This document shows positions 36,923-49,997 of a stretch of DNA of 64,000 bases, piece after piece; position 1 is the stretch's first letter; every line of letters begins with the position of its first letter. The translations under genes were made by a program, and so were the position numbers. The notes under the pieces were generated by a model that saw nothing but the letters and a program-made list of their open reading frames with translations, had not been told where the DNA came from and did not search any database. The stretch is from Octopus vulgaris (Eukaryota): assembly GCA_951406725.2 (NCBI GenBank), contig OX597821.1:25048001-25112000 (forward strand), read 5' to 3'.

Positions 36923-37207
36923 GGTGGCAGTCAACTAGAAAGGAGGCTGCTGACCACACGAGGACAACGTAGTGAACACGTCCAACGTGACAAAGGAGAA
37001 TGACAGCTGCAAATGAGGTGATGCACGGCAAATATGAAAGCTGCTGAACAGTGGGCACTGGTCAGTGATGAAGACAGGCTGTGAGAGGACAGCAAGGTGC
37101 TTTCCTGCCTGACAAGACTCAGCCCAAACGACAGTAGAGAGGCTACTACTGTATACAACGTCAACAGTCTTGGGCCGCAAGTACACTGCATGAACCTTCT
37201 TACAGAC
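36923..37207 (-). other. RB1CC1: 5' leader portion of the start-codon exon
   Basis: Acceptor tttttctgtcttctttcag|GTCTG at 37208/37207; unique, relatively GC-rich sequence continuous to the ATG. Confidence 0.7.
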
Positions 37208-37360
37208 CTGAAAGAAGACAGAAAAATATAAGGATCAGTTGTGAATATTATCTGATGCAACATGACAATATTTAAAACTTGGATATATACATATATGTCA
37301 TACAAAGTTTTTGGCCAATGAGTCATTTTTGTAACTTTTCTACTGATTAAAACTTTTATA

Positions 37361-37926
37361 TTGGGTTGTCCAGAAAGCTTGTGCCGATTTATAGTAGCTT
37401 ACCTTTCTACTTATTTTAGAACATGGTTGAGTCCATAAAATAGGATTTGACAACACCTACATTTAGAGCACAGTTTAAGCTATCTTTTCATGGAAGAAGG
37501 TTTATGCTCCTATAACCTGTGTTAATTTTGTAACCCTTTAAAATGGAAGATAAGAAAGTTCATTTTCGGCACTTGATGCTTTGGGAAGCAGGCAAAAATT
37601 GTTGCAGCTCGGTTGGGATGTGTTACCCCACCCTCCATATTCACCAGATATTGCTCCTTCAGATTTCCATTTATTCAGGTCTCTGCAGAATAGTCTTAAT
37701 GGTAAAAATTTCAATTCCTTGGATGACGTAAAAAGATACCTTGATGAATTCTTTGCCATGAAACCACCTCAATTCTGAGAAGAGGGTATTTTCAAGTTAA
37801 AGGAAAGATGGAGACACATTGTGCAACAAAACGGTTCATATTTGGTTGATTAAAAATGTAATGGCAAGTATTTATTGACCTTTTTCTTTCCTTTAAAAAT
37901 CGGCACGCACTTTCCGGACAACCCAA
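37361..37926 (+). mobile_element. Internally deleted mariner with TIRs and TA TSD
   Basis: TIRs ttgggttgtccagaaagcttgtgccgattt / aaatcggcacgcactttccggacaacccaa; N-terminal MEDKKVHFRHLMLWE joined to WDVLPHPPYSPDIAPSDFHLF. Confidence 0.92.
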
Positions 37927-38292
37927 TATATACCCATATTTAGTTCTTTTTCTCCAATTTGATATTAACACACACACTGTTTGCTTGCTGGATGCTGGTT
38001 TTTCCATGATAATATGAGGAAGTCTTTGAAGCAGAATTTTTACAACCAGATGCTCTTCTTGTCACCAAACTTAAATGTTTCTTTAAGTAAGATATTTTTA
38101 TATTCCAGACAGATTTGAAAGCACAAGGCAAGCAGATGATTTCTTGACAGGAAAGTAATTTTAAGATATCGACAGAACATTTACTGTAACATGACTCGAT
38201 ATTAAAAGGTGAATCAAATTTAATATAAATTTTGATTTGACTAAGACTTTCAAGTTGTGTTTGATGGCTTATATGAGAATAAAGTTCCAATC

Positions 38293-38333
<41 letters not shown>

Positions 38334-38344
38334 CGTATATATAT

Positions 38345-38554
38345 TCTTTTACTCATTTCAGTCGTTTGATTGAGGCCATGCTGGAGTACCGCATTTAGTC
38401 AAGCAAATCAAACCCAGGACTTATTCTTTGTAAGCCTAGTACTTATTCTATCAGTCTCTTTTGCCGAACCGCTAAGTTACGGGAATGTAAACACACTAGC
38501 ATCAGTTGTCAAGCGATGTTGGGGGGGACAAACAGAGATACACACACACACACA

Positions 38555-38601
<47 letters not shown>

Positions 38602-38770
38602 TATATACGACGGGCTTCTTTCAGTTTCCGTCTACCAAATCCACTCACAAGGCTTTGGTCAGCCTTAGCCTATAATAGAAGACACTTGCCCAAGGTGCCA
38701 CACAGTGGGACTGAACCTGGAACCATGTAGTTGGTAAGCAAGCTACTTACCACATAGCCACTCCTACACC
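38345..38770 (-). mobile_element. Family B SINE
   Basis: Full-length reverse complement of the 13514 copy. Confidence 0.85.
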
Positions 38771-39608
38771 TATAGTTGAAATTCACAGAAAAACAAAAGA
38801 CGAAGACAGGTATATGAACAACAAGCAGATGTATTTGACGGTTGGGAAAGTGAGAAAGTCTTTTACGTTTCGAGCCTACGCTCTTCAACAGATAGGAGTA
38901 AGAGAGATAAACAGAGATAGAATAGAAAAACTTGTGAATTTAGCAGTCAAGCATGGTGACTGATTGGATAAAAAAGGCTATTACACACAAGTACACATGC
39001 ACTCACATACACAACACATTATCATGGTTGTTTAAATACTCAATTTTCCCAATGAAAAACAAAAAAAACTCATTCAACACATTGGCCTCAATAAACTGTC
39101 CTATCACTTCTATAACACCCTCTGATCTTCTGAACTTGATGATCATACTCTTTAAAACCTTTTTCTCTTGTTAATTTTACTGTATCCCATCCCTTAATCC
39201 TGTCATTAATTAAACACCAATCCATCCCAGTAGAGCTCATAAGCTAATTGTTTTCCAAGAACAACTAACCTTTAAACTACAAACTGGCACATTATTAACA
39301 CTATTTATACCACTCTCTTATTATCTTCCTCCAAGATATATAGATAATGTCCCTTCCTCCTTATCACAGTTTAAGAGATGAAATAAAAATAAGGACCTAC
39401 AACAGAAAACCTTTCCACATGTGATATAACCATGTGTCATTTAACAGTGAGACCAAATTTTGAAATCTGCACAAATACTCCTCTAAATTTTCCCAAGTAT
39501 ATCTTAACATCTTCCATGCTCAACTAAACAATGTTTTGCTGTCCAGTCTTCCTAGCTATGAATAGGTACTGTGGAGAGACGTGACATCACTTCTGTATGT
39601 GCCAAGGT

Positions 39609-39802
39609 ACTCTTTTACTTGTTTCAGTCATTTGACTGCGGCCATGCTGGAGCACTGCCTTTAGTCGATCAAATCGACCCTGGGACTTATTCTTTGTAAG
39701 CCCAGTACTTATTCTATCGGTCTCTTTTGCCGAACCGCTAAGTAACGGGGACGTAAACACACCAGCATCGGTTGTCAAGCAATGCTAGGGGGACAAACAC
39801 AG

Positions 39803-39861
<59 letters not shown>

Positions 39862-40012
39862 CATACGATAGGCTTCTTTCAGTTTCCGTCTACCAAATCC
39901 ACTACAAGGCATTGGTCGGCCCGGGGCTATAGCAGAAGACACTTGCCCAAGATTCCACGCAGTGGGACTGAACCCGGAACCATGTGGTTGGTTAGCAAGC
40001 TACTTACCACTA
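39609..40012 (-). mobile_element. Family B SINE (young, CpG retained)
   Basis: As above. Confidence 0.85.
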
Positions 40013-42444
40013 GCTATATCATATTGCAACCAAAGCAAAATTTCTGAGGGCCATGAAGACAGTAAGAGAGTGAGACAGTACCCTTTGTATTTAATCTGGT
40101 GCCTCGTTGTTGTCTATTTTGTTCCCACTGTAGCTAAAAAAAAGTATTGTTTGTTATAATGAGCACAACAAACATTGATTAGATACACTGAGACCATGAA
40201 AAACAAATAGTTCTAGACCAATGGTTGAAGTAGTTGATAACAAACAAGGCTTTTTTAACTGAAAATGGCACCTGCACCAAATCTACATAGTCCATTGGTA
40301 CATGTCCATCACAGTAATCCGACCACAGCTTAAGGTGTAAGAAATGTGATAAAATATCTAGAAAAAACAGAATATATCAAGATCAGTGGTTAGAAACTGC
40401 TTTTTATGCTCTAACAAGCTATCCCTCAACAAAGAGAGTAGCTTAGCACCTGTCCACTGCATCTTCCAGGTGAAAACAAACAAGAAACAACTGATAGAAT
40501 TATTAAAGCACATTTAGTGATATTGATTGGTCAGACGTGTGTCTATTGTGTGAAGCTAAAACTAGACTGAAACTGAACCTGTCATCATAATGAATCATTG
40601 CAACACATACACATGCCTACATACACACATACACACACACACAGATCTGATCATTAACAGTAGCTATAGCAATGAAAGCACAGAGGCTTGGCAATTTGCA
40701 TATATAGATTAACAGCAACATAGACACTATAGTGGCAGAGAATAACAGCCACTAGTCAGTCGAAAGTCAATAGATTTGCTAGTTCAAAAAAAGCAGCCTC
40801 TTTCTTCTCTCTCACACACAATACACATATACACTTACATTGACAGAGAGAGCAGAGTTAGTTATGGCTTCAAAAATATCATTCAGGACCCACCTCCTCG
40901 TCACACTTAAATCTTAGGGACAACTGGGATCTGCCTTTCATTCATTTCTTTCCCCTTGTATAACAACAGATGCAAATAAATAAATAAATGAATTCCTGCT
41001 GCTGTTGTTGTTTAGCTTTACATGAGCCCTGAGCCTGTGGACCTATGATCAAATGTATTCCAGCATGACCACCCCTCCTCATTCAAAATTGGTATATATA
41101 TATATATATATATCTAGGACAACATTAAACAATGTGATCATTAAATAGAGTGCAATATGAAGGATACTTGGCTGCTATTTCCAGCAGACTGACAGATCAT
41201 GTAGAGGCTTCCTCAGTGGGTTATGTCAGCTTTCAATAGAGACAAACTGATATTCAAAATATTACAAATAAGTGAGGGTAGGAATTCACTGAACTGTATC
41301 TTCTCTAAAAATGTAACTTTCTGCCAATATCAGAAATCAATATTGTGTGTATGTGTGTGTGTGTGTGATTTTTCAGTGATTTGTTTTATATCCATTCTTC
41401 CATGATAGTATGGGTTGACTGAATTCTTATTAGCGACAAGTAATTTTACAACCAGATGCCTTCCTCTTGATAACCCTCACCATTACTGTTTTTCAAGTAA
41501 GAAATTTTTAAACGACATGTCTTTCTCTTTACATCTACATAAGTTGCAGGCTACAAGCAGTATATTAAATGTCACTTCCATGACCAAATTTATTCTCTCA
41601 CATTGCGCCTGCAAAGACAAGTGAAATAAAAGATCTCTTGGCTGTGAAACAGGTAAAAGGGTAAAAGTTAGCAACAGGAAAGGCATCTCGCTGTAAAACA
41701 ATGTCTCAATAGTCATAATGAGCATAAAACAAATGAATATATACCATCATCTTCATTTAATGTCCACCTTGCCATGCTTGCATGGATCAGTTAGAATCTG
41801 TTGAGGTAGATTTCCTACAACCAGAAGTCCTTTCAGTCACCAATGCTTACCTGTGTTGAAGCTCAGCAATATTTGCCCCCATGGCCAGACATGTTTTCCA
41901 CAGAAGACTCAAAATGAGCAATCTTGCATGACAATGATGCTCATTTACAACCATCGGGCACACACAAACACATAGGCTCATTTTCAGAGATCAATGAAAT
42001 AAGTACCAGACAAAGTACCGGGGTCAATATTATTGATTAAATGCCTTGAATGTGTTGCCCCAACATCAACTTGATCTAATGACTGAAATCAGGAAAAAGA
42101 AGAATACTGAGTCTCTTTTCCTCCAACTTGTTTATATACATCACATCACCAGCAGGCATGGCTTTGTTCTTTACCTGGCAACTTGTTTGTATAGGTATCT
42201 ATCAAGACAGAAATATTGACCATTGTCAGTAAGCAGGGTGTCAACAGATGGCTGAACTGGTACAGATGTGTAAAGAGAACAACTAGATTTCGAATGTAGT
42301 GTAACACTAAGTAACAGCTGGATGGAGTGTTCAATGTTTAGCAATAACACTGCAGTTGTAGGTATACCATGATGACCCTTTTGATACAAGCCAGCCCAAG
42401 CCCTATGGATACAAATTCACTGATTTAAAATATAATGAAAACTT

Positions 42445-42837
42445 TACTCTTTTACTTGTTTCAGTCATTTGACTGCGGCCATACTGGAGCACCGCCTTTA
42501 GTCGAGCAAATCAACCCCGGGACTTATTCTTTGTAAGCCCAGTACTTATTCTATCGGTCTCTTTTGCCGAACCGCTAAGTGACGGGGACGTAAACACACC
42601 AGCATCGGTTGTCAAGCAATGCTAGGGGGACAAACACAGGCACACAAACACACATACATACATATACATATATACGACAGGCTTCTTTCAGTTTCCGTCT
42701 ACCAAATCCACTCACAAGGCATTGGTCGGCCCGGGGCTATAGCAGAAGACATCTGCCCAAGGTGCCACGTAGTGGGACTGAACCCGGAACCATGTGGTTG
42801 GTTAGCAAGCTACTTACCACACAGCTACTTCTGCACC
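42445..42837 (-). mobile_element. Family B SINE (young)
   Basis: As above. Confidence 0.85.
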
Positions 42838-44409
42838 TTTCCACAAAAATTTCATAATTTATATTCCAAACACCAGCTTAATGCTGACAAATCTATTTCA
42901 ATAAATTCTTTATTATTTTCAAAATTGATCTTTAGTATTCAAACCATCCATATCAAGACCAAATATTTTATGTTTAAACCAGTTTTATGTTCAACACTAC
43001 TTTTCAATGTTATTCTAAAATTAAACAATCACATCATCAAAATCTTGAAGTTATGAGATAATGCATGATTAATTCAAAACAATGTAAATATATTAGGGTG
43101 TTCAGACCCTAATATTTTAAACAGTCATACTGAAACCAAGATTATAGAGACTTAAGCTTTGTGGTTAAATGTCTAAATCTCTGAGATTATTTTTACAATA
43201 CAATTAAAATTTTTCAAACTATCAACCACATCTTCAGAGAGAAAAATTGCTTTAATATTTACACCTACACCATATTTTGATGAGTTTAATTTCTGATTGT
43301 CATCAAGTATCTTATTCCTAGAGGTGTATATAGTATCTATATTTCTAAATTAGGGGATACTCTTATCCACTAAGTATGTAGACTTAACGTCACATTTTTA
43401 GATTTTTTTTTTAGAAACAACATGCTTATTGATCTAATTTCAATACAAGAATAACTGATTGGTTTTTCTATGAGCTCTGTATATATTGCTGCTTTTGATT
43501 TCTCTATATTACCACCATGACTCTGTCAATTATAGATATTTCAATCCATAGCAACGATTTCCTTTTACGCTTCATATACATTCAGCCAGCCCTGATTAAG
43601 ATGCCTCTCCTCTCATTAAAGATTTCCTTACATGTTCTTTTATATAAACATTTCAGAGTCTCTCAAAAAAAAAAACATCCAGATTTTTGTCCACTGATGC
43701 GAATCCCCTGCAAACATCAATCCTGTTTACCTTAGAAAATGTAACAACCAACAGCTATTCCATGATGTACAAGTGAAAAGGACAGAAATCGGAGCTAGAA
43801 GTTCAAGATATTAAAAGCTTACTGTCACTACAAACTATATAATCATATCATACTGGAGACATCAGCACATTGGATAGAAAGCTACACAGTATTTGTTTAA
43901 TTCTTTGCACTCTGTGTTCAAATCTCAAAGGGGTTAACAAAAAAGTACCTATCCAGGGCATGACATAACAGACTGGATGCCATGCAGTATTTGTCCTGGT
44001 AATATGCATTCTTCAAATCTTGCCATGTTCCATGTGGTTAGAGGTGGACTTAACCTGTTGCCAAGTTTAACACCATGGATTCCACTCTCCTACAAGCATC
44101 TGGGCTAAGCCTGCAGTTTGAGGATAACTTCTTCCAACCAGTCTCAGACGGCCTTGTAAAGAGTCATGGACTAAAAGATGAGTAGGTGTGTGTGTATGTA
44201 TATATATATATTATAGATTCAAGCATGGCTGTGTGTTAAGAAGCTTGCTTCCCAACTCCATGGTTTCGGGTTCAGTCTCACTGCACAGCACTTTGAGTGG
44301 CTTCTACTACAGCCTTGGGCCAACCAAAGCCTTGTGGGTGGATTTCATAAAGGGAAACTGAAAAAAGCTCATCATATGTGTATATAAATATATCAATATC
44401 TACTGAATT

Positions 44410-44600
44410 TGCCGGTGGCACGTAAAAAGCACCCACTACAGTCTTGGAGTGGTCGGCGTTAGGAAGGGCATCCAGCTGTAGAAACTCTGCCAGATCAAGA
44501 TTGGAGCCTGGTGCAGTCATTTGGTTCGCCAGCCCTCAGTCAAAATCGTCCAACCCATACTAGCATGGAAAGCGGACGTTAAACGATCATGATGATGATG
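44410..44600 (+). mobile_element. Family C / RTE tail copy, tail-to-tail with the following LINE
   Basis: gccggtggcacgtaaaaagc...aaacgatcatgatgatgatg. Confidence 0.75.
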
Positions 44601-44627
44601 ATATATATATATATATCATCATCATCA

Positions 44628-45460
44628 TCATTTAACATTAGTTTTCCGTTCTAACATGGGTTGGATGGTTCAACTGGGGTCTGGAAAGCCAGGAGTCTGC
44701 ACCAGGCTCCAGTCCAATCTGGCAGTAATTCTACAGCTGGATGCCCTTCCTAACGCCAACCACTCCGTGAGTGCAGTGAGTGCGTTTTACGGGCCACCAG
44801 CACAGGGGCCAGAGGAGGCTGGCAATGGCCCCAATCAGTTGGTGCTTTTTACGTGCTACCAGCACGGGCATCACAACTACAGTTTCCATTTGATTTTCAT
44901 TTTGATGTTGATGTACTTGACTCAATAGGTCTCCTCAAGCACAGCAGGTCGCCCTATTATCCAAAGTACTTTTGAATGGGCTGGGGTTGCTTATGTGCAA
45001 CCGGTGTAGGATGCAGCCGTAAACTCACTTTATTTACCGGGTCTTCGCAGTCATAGCATATTTCCAGAGGTCTCAGTCTTTCGTTATTGCCTCTGTGAGG
45101 CCCAACGTTCGAAGGTCATGCTTCACCACCTCATCCCATGTCTTCCTGGGTCTGCATCTACCCCAGATTCCTTCAACTGTTTGGGAGTGGCACTTCTTCA
45201 CACAGCTCTCCTCATCCATCTGTAGTACATGACTATACCAGCGCAAATGTCTCCCTTGCACGCTACATCTGATGCTTCTTATGTCCAGTATTTCTCTCAG
45301 AGCGCTTACACTCTGCTGTGTGTGCACACTGACATTACACATCCAGCGGATCATGCTAGCATCATTTCTTTTGAGCCTACGCATGTCCTCCGCAGTCACG
45401 GCCCATGTTTCACTGCTGTGAAGCATGGCAGTTCGCACACATACGTTGTACAATCTACCG
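44628..45460 (-). mobile_element. RTE-clade LINE, 5'-truncated (ORF end + 3' UTR)
   Basis: ORF 45073..45453: YNVCVRTAMLHSSETW...MIRWMC...RHLRWYSHV...GRCRPRKTW; 3' UTR ends (gat)n. Confidence 0.88.
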
Positions 45461-45639
45461 AGTAAAACAACAATAGCCTATATATATATATATATGTGGG
45501 AGGGGCTTTCTTGCCCGGATTGGCCTCACCAGCCACCTCCGGTCTCATAGCAGCATTTCCACCAAATGATGTCAATGGTCATCTTCGAACCCGAAGGACG
45601 AACATTATATATATATATATATATATATAGGCTATTGAA

Positions 45640-48200
45640 AGATAATTACATGGTCAAAGTGGACATTAATGATACATGGCTAAGAAAAGCAAGGGAATTA
45701 TGAGGGATAGTTACTGAAATAAAAAAAAAATTATGAATATCAAGAGTAGTTATTGAGGTTGTCTAGTGGAATAAGGCACAGGCTAGTGACTTGTATCTTA
45801 CACCACTAGCCTATCAGGTAAAACGAGATGGTGTCATACCCAGCAACTAGTATAGTAACATCACAGCCAAGTTCTTCAGGAGAAAATAAGATACATTACA
45901 GAGAAGCAGTTACAGACTCATCAAACTTTTGGACCAGCTTATTGATTAAGAATTAGCCTAGATGAAAAGCAGCTTCAATTTATACCAAAACAGGGTACCA
46001 GTAAAATCCTGTTCCTAGTGCAACAACAAGTTCTTAGATCAAGTCACTATGCATTAGCATTCATTAACCTGGCTCTCTCCAAGTCAATGACTATTATGCC
46101 TGGTAGTCACTAAAAAAGAACAAATAAAAAAATTAAAAACAAGTTATAGATGAGTGGCTTATAAGAGTTGTGCAAGCCGTGCACAAAAATTGTATCAGTA
46201 AAGTGAGATTTATCAACAAATTCAATGAAGAATTCAGCAAACAGCAGGTGTCCTTCAATGCTCATCACCCTCTTATTCAACCCTTTCGTTACCAACCTGG
46301 CTGAAACCGGCTCTGGCTCTGTAGTACAAATGTCTTGTTTTCATAAGTTTTGAATTAAAATTTTCCACCAAACCTTAGTCACAATTTATGTTCCTAACAC
46401 TAGCTGAATTTTACTAAATTCTTTGTTATATTTAAAATAAATGAAAGAAACACAGAGCATCTCAAAATAAATTCGGTAATGAAAGGGTTAATATAATCTT
46501 TCAATTTATAAAAGATTTTGATGATGTGATTATCTTTAGAATGACATTGTAGGGTAGGTATGAGAGGCTGAATCTCATAAGTTTGAACATAAAACAATGA
46601 TAATATTCTGGCCAGATATGGCCAGTTTAAACACTAAAGAGTTAAACATGTACAGTGAATGCAGATGATGTGTGAAGGCTGGAAAGAAATAAGGCAAGAA
46701 GCTCCACTGGATGTGTAACGTTACTGTGTATAAACAATGGAGTACAAATGAACTGAGAAAAAGAACTAAGTAAGCATCAGATGTAGTGTACAAGACAGAA
46801 GACTAAGCTAGTACAGACATGTGAAACATGGGGAGGATGACAAATGTGCAGAGAAGTGACAAATAATTCAAATAGAGAAGACATGGGGAGAAGTGAAGTC
46901 TGGTCTCAGGTTACAGAACTTTATGAAGATGACAAAAGACTGCAACAAGTAGTGAGAAGCTGTATTGAAGAAGATCCATTCATAAGCATAAGCATGGAAA
47001 AACAAATGAAAAAACAAGACAGATGTTGCTGACACCCAATGAAGCTGTTGACAACAAATGACAATGGAAAACTACAGAAAGAAACAGTATAAAGGCTTGC
47101 TGAAAAAGCCAGTCAATAAGCACAGTACTGATATTAGCTCAAACCACTTGACACCATCTTTGGTACAATGACACAAACTTCATACTTTAACCCTTTTGTT
47201 ACCTTATTTATTTTGAGATGCTCTGTGTTTCTTTCAATTACTTTAAATATAACAAAGAATTTAGTAAAATAACTTAGCAATAATTAAGCTGGTGTTAGGA
47301 ACATAAATTGTGACTAAGGTTTGGTGGAAGATTTTAATTCAATACTTATGAAAACAAGACATTTGTACTACAGAGCCAGAGGCAGTTTTGGCCGGGTTGG
47401 TATCAAAAGGGTTAAAGTGATCTAAATAGAAGCTTTCCATCAAAATTTTATGTTAATTTATGTTTCAAATACTAATACTAATTTAATAATGACCAAGTTA
47501 TTTCACCAAATTCATTATTTTCAAAATTGCCGTCAATGAAAGCAGTACATTTCAATAGAATGGCTAAACAACCTACAGAGTGTTGATTAATTGCACATTC
47601 ATTAGTAGCCCAGTGGATGAGAGCTTTATCACTATCTTAGTTTAGAAATAAATGATCCGAGTTCAAAACCAGTTCACTACTGTGTACACATCTAGTAATA
47701 AAACAGTCGACATTAAGAGCTGAGACCAATCAAAGCGAAGTATAAATGTAAATACCAAAATATTTTTCATCTCTAAAGATGAAATTAATAGCCTGACAAA
47801 TTATAGTCATATTTAGTTTTATGGTATTTAACAATTAGCTCAAGCGCCCCAAACTATGAAACTAATGGGCTACCATACACACACACACACACAATAAAAT
47901 GTTTTAAATTACACAGGTTCAGAATACTATGAAAGGAGTAAAATGCAATGAGTAATGAGAGAAAAGCATTGAATGTGGAACATGTATGAATGGTGGAGAG
48001 AACTAAAAGAGATGAGAGAGGGGGAGACTGGGTATTAAAGGCAGTCAGACAGGCTGGTATGGACATGTGATGTGAAAAATGGAAGACAACTGTTGTATGC
48101 TGACAATAGAAAGCCACCATAGCAACAGAGGTTTGTGGGAGATGCAGGAGGAAGTAATGAGATTAGATCGCACAATGTTAAGAGTCCCAGCCAAGATGAA
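45640..48200 (+). mobile_element. Old, fragmented RTE-like LINE interrupted by MITEs
   Basis: Degenerate RT-like stretches read from plus-strand pieces (QFIPKQGT, AFINL, WLIRVVQAVH, WYGHVM); many stops and frameshifts. Confidence 0.45.
46281..46487 (+). mobile_element. piggyBac-type MITE; inverted sister copy at 47191-47411
   Basis: ccctt...aaggg|ttaa ends; the second copy is flanked by TTAA on both sides and is the reverse complement. Confidence 0.8.
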
Positions 48201-48323
48201 GCTGGATCAAGTAATAGTAAATCTGTGTCTAAATCATGCCAACATGCAAAAATAGATATTCAATAATGAAATAAATGAATGAATAACTAGTTCAGTTAAT
48301 TATTTCAGCTAAATGAAGGCATA

Positions 48324-48716
48324 TACTCTTTTACTTGTTTCAGTCATTTGACTGCGGCCATGCTGGAGCACCGCCTTTAATCGAGCAACTCAACCCCGGG
48401 ACTTATGCTTTTGTAAGCCCAGTACTTATTCTATCAGTCTCTTTTGCCGAACTGCTAAGTAACGGGGACATAAACACACCAGCATCGGTTGTCAAGCAAT
48501 GCGAGGGGGACAAACACAGACACACACATGCATAGATATATATACATATATACAACGGGCTTCTTTTCAGTTTCCGTCTACCAAATCCACTCACAAGGCT
48601 TTGGTCGGCCCGAGGCTATAGTTGAAGACACTTGTCCAAGGTGCCATGCAGTGGGACTGAACCCGGAACCAAGTGGTTGGTAAACAAGCTACTTACCACA
48701 CAGCCACTCTTGCGCC
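48324..48716 (-). mobile_element. Family B SINE (young)
   Basis: Full-length match to consensus. Confidence 0.85.
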
Positions 48717-49434
48717 TATATCTTTAACTTCCTATAACAGTCATGGCAAAGCAAACTTTGCAGAAGAAAATATTGAGTAGCATGTATAAGATATTAATCA
48801 ATCACCATCATTTTCACATCCACTGGTTGAAGAGGTCTTCTCTATTACAAAAACCTCACTGCTTGTCGCAGTCTTTTATCTCCTTTGGGAGGCTCAGCAA
48901 CCAGAGGTCAGCCAACACCACTTCTTCCTTGGTCTTCTTTCCCCTGTTTCTTCCAATTGATTCATTTAACACTATCCATGCCACAGACACATAGAAGCGT
49001 CTTTTATCTATAGCTATGAAATACCAATGGTACATATATGCATCACTCACAGAGCCATAAAATCCCAGAGATGCTGATATACATCTTTTAACCATTAATA
49101 TGGCATTTGTAGTATGGAAAGTGTTATCTTTGCTTCACCCAACTGTCATGCATTCTATGCATCACATATTTCTTGCACACTGTAACCAATTCCTGCCATA
49201 TGCCCATTCTCTTTCTTCGGTCACTTCTGCCCCATCAATAATATATGTTGACATTACCATCAAGCACACTTCCTTTCTTCCTGTCATTCATACACCTACT
49301 GTATTCAGTGCCCATATCTTCCCATCATGCAAAATTACACTTTGCACACAGTAATATATATAAGGTATCAGCTAAATACCTGAAATAGTGATCTAAGGTT
49401 TGACATACATGCCACCCTAAGTATAGGAAAAGTC

Positions 49435-49495
<61 letters not shown>

Positions 49496-49946
49496 TTAGT
49501 TCTGCCAATGGAAAGGAGTTGTTTACAGTAAATACCAAATGGAGATTCTTGCTTATGTAGAATTCCACTGAAATATTATGGCAAATTGGTTGTATTTTAG
49601 CTCATCAATTAAAGAACAGATGAAATCAGATACACATACAGCCTACAACAACATTTGATCAAAATGAGAGGACAGGCAGAGAATATAGAGGTTTGTTGGA
49701 ATATTTTCAGAGTAAGATACCCCAAAAATACATTGCTATTTTCTATCAAAATTGTGAGTTTATACACACACACACACTTACAGACACAGATACACAATTA
49801 TAAAGTCACATGCTTTTATTTTTCTCCAGACATTTTTATATATTATGTATGATAAATCTATACTGTAAACACAGCAAAGCAACCTCAATAACTGTCTAGA
49901 CAAATATCAGTCTAAACAGCTACGATGTCTTTTAGAATATACATAA

Positions 49947-49997
<51 letters not shown>

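Noticed and set aside
42609-43056. Recurrent ORFs such as MSSNARGTNT.../RASFSFRLPNPLTR as a gene family
   Set aside because: They are translations of family B SINE copies and their microsatellites.
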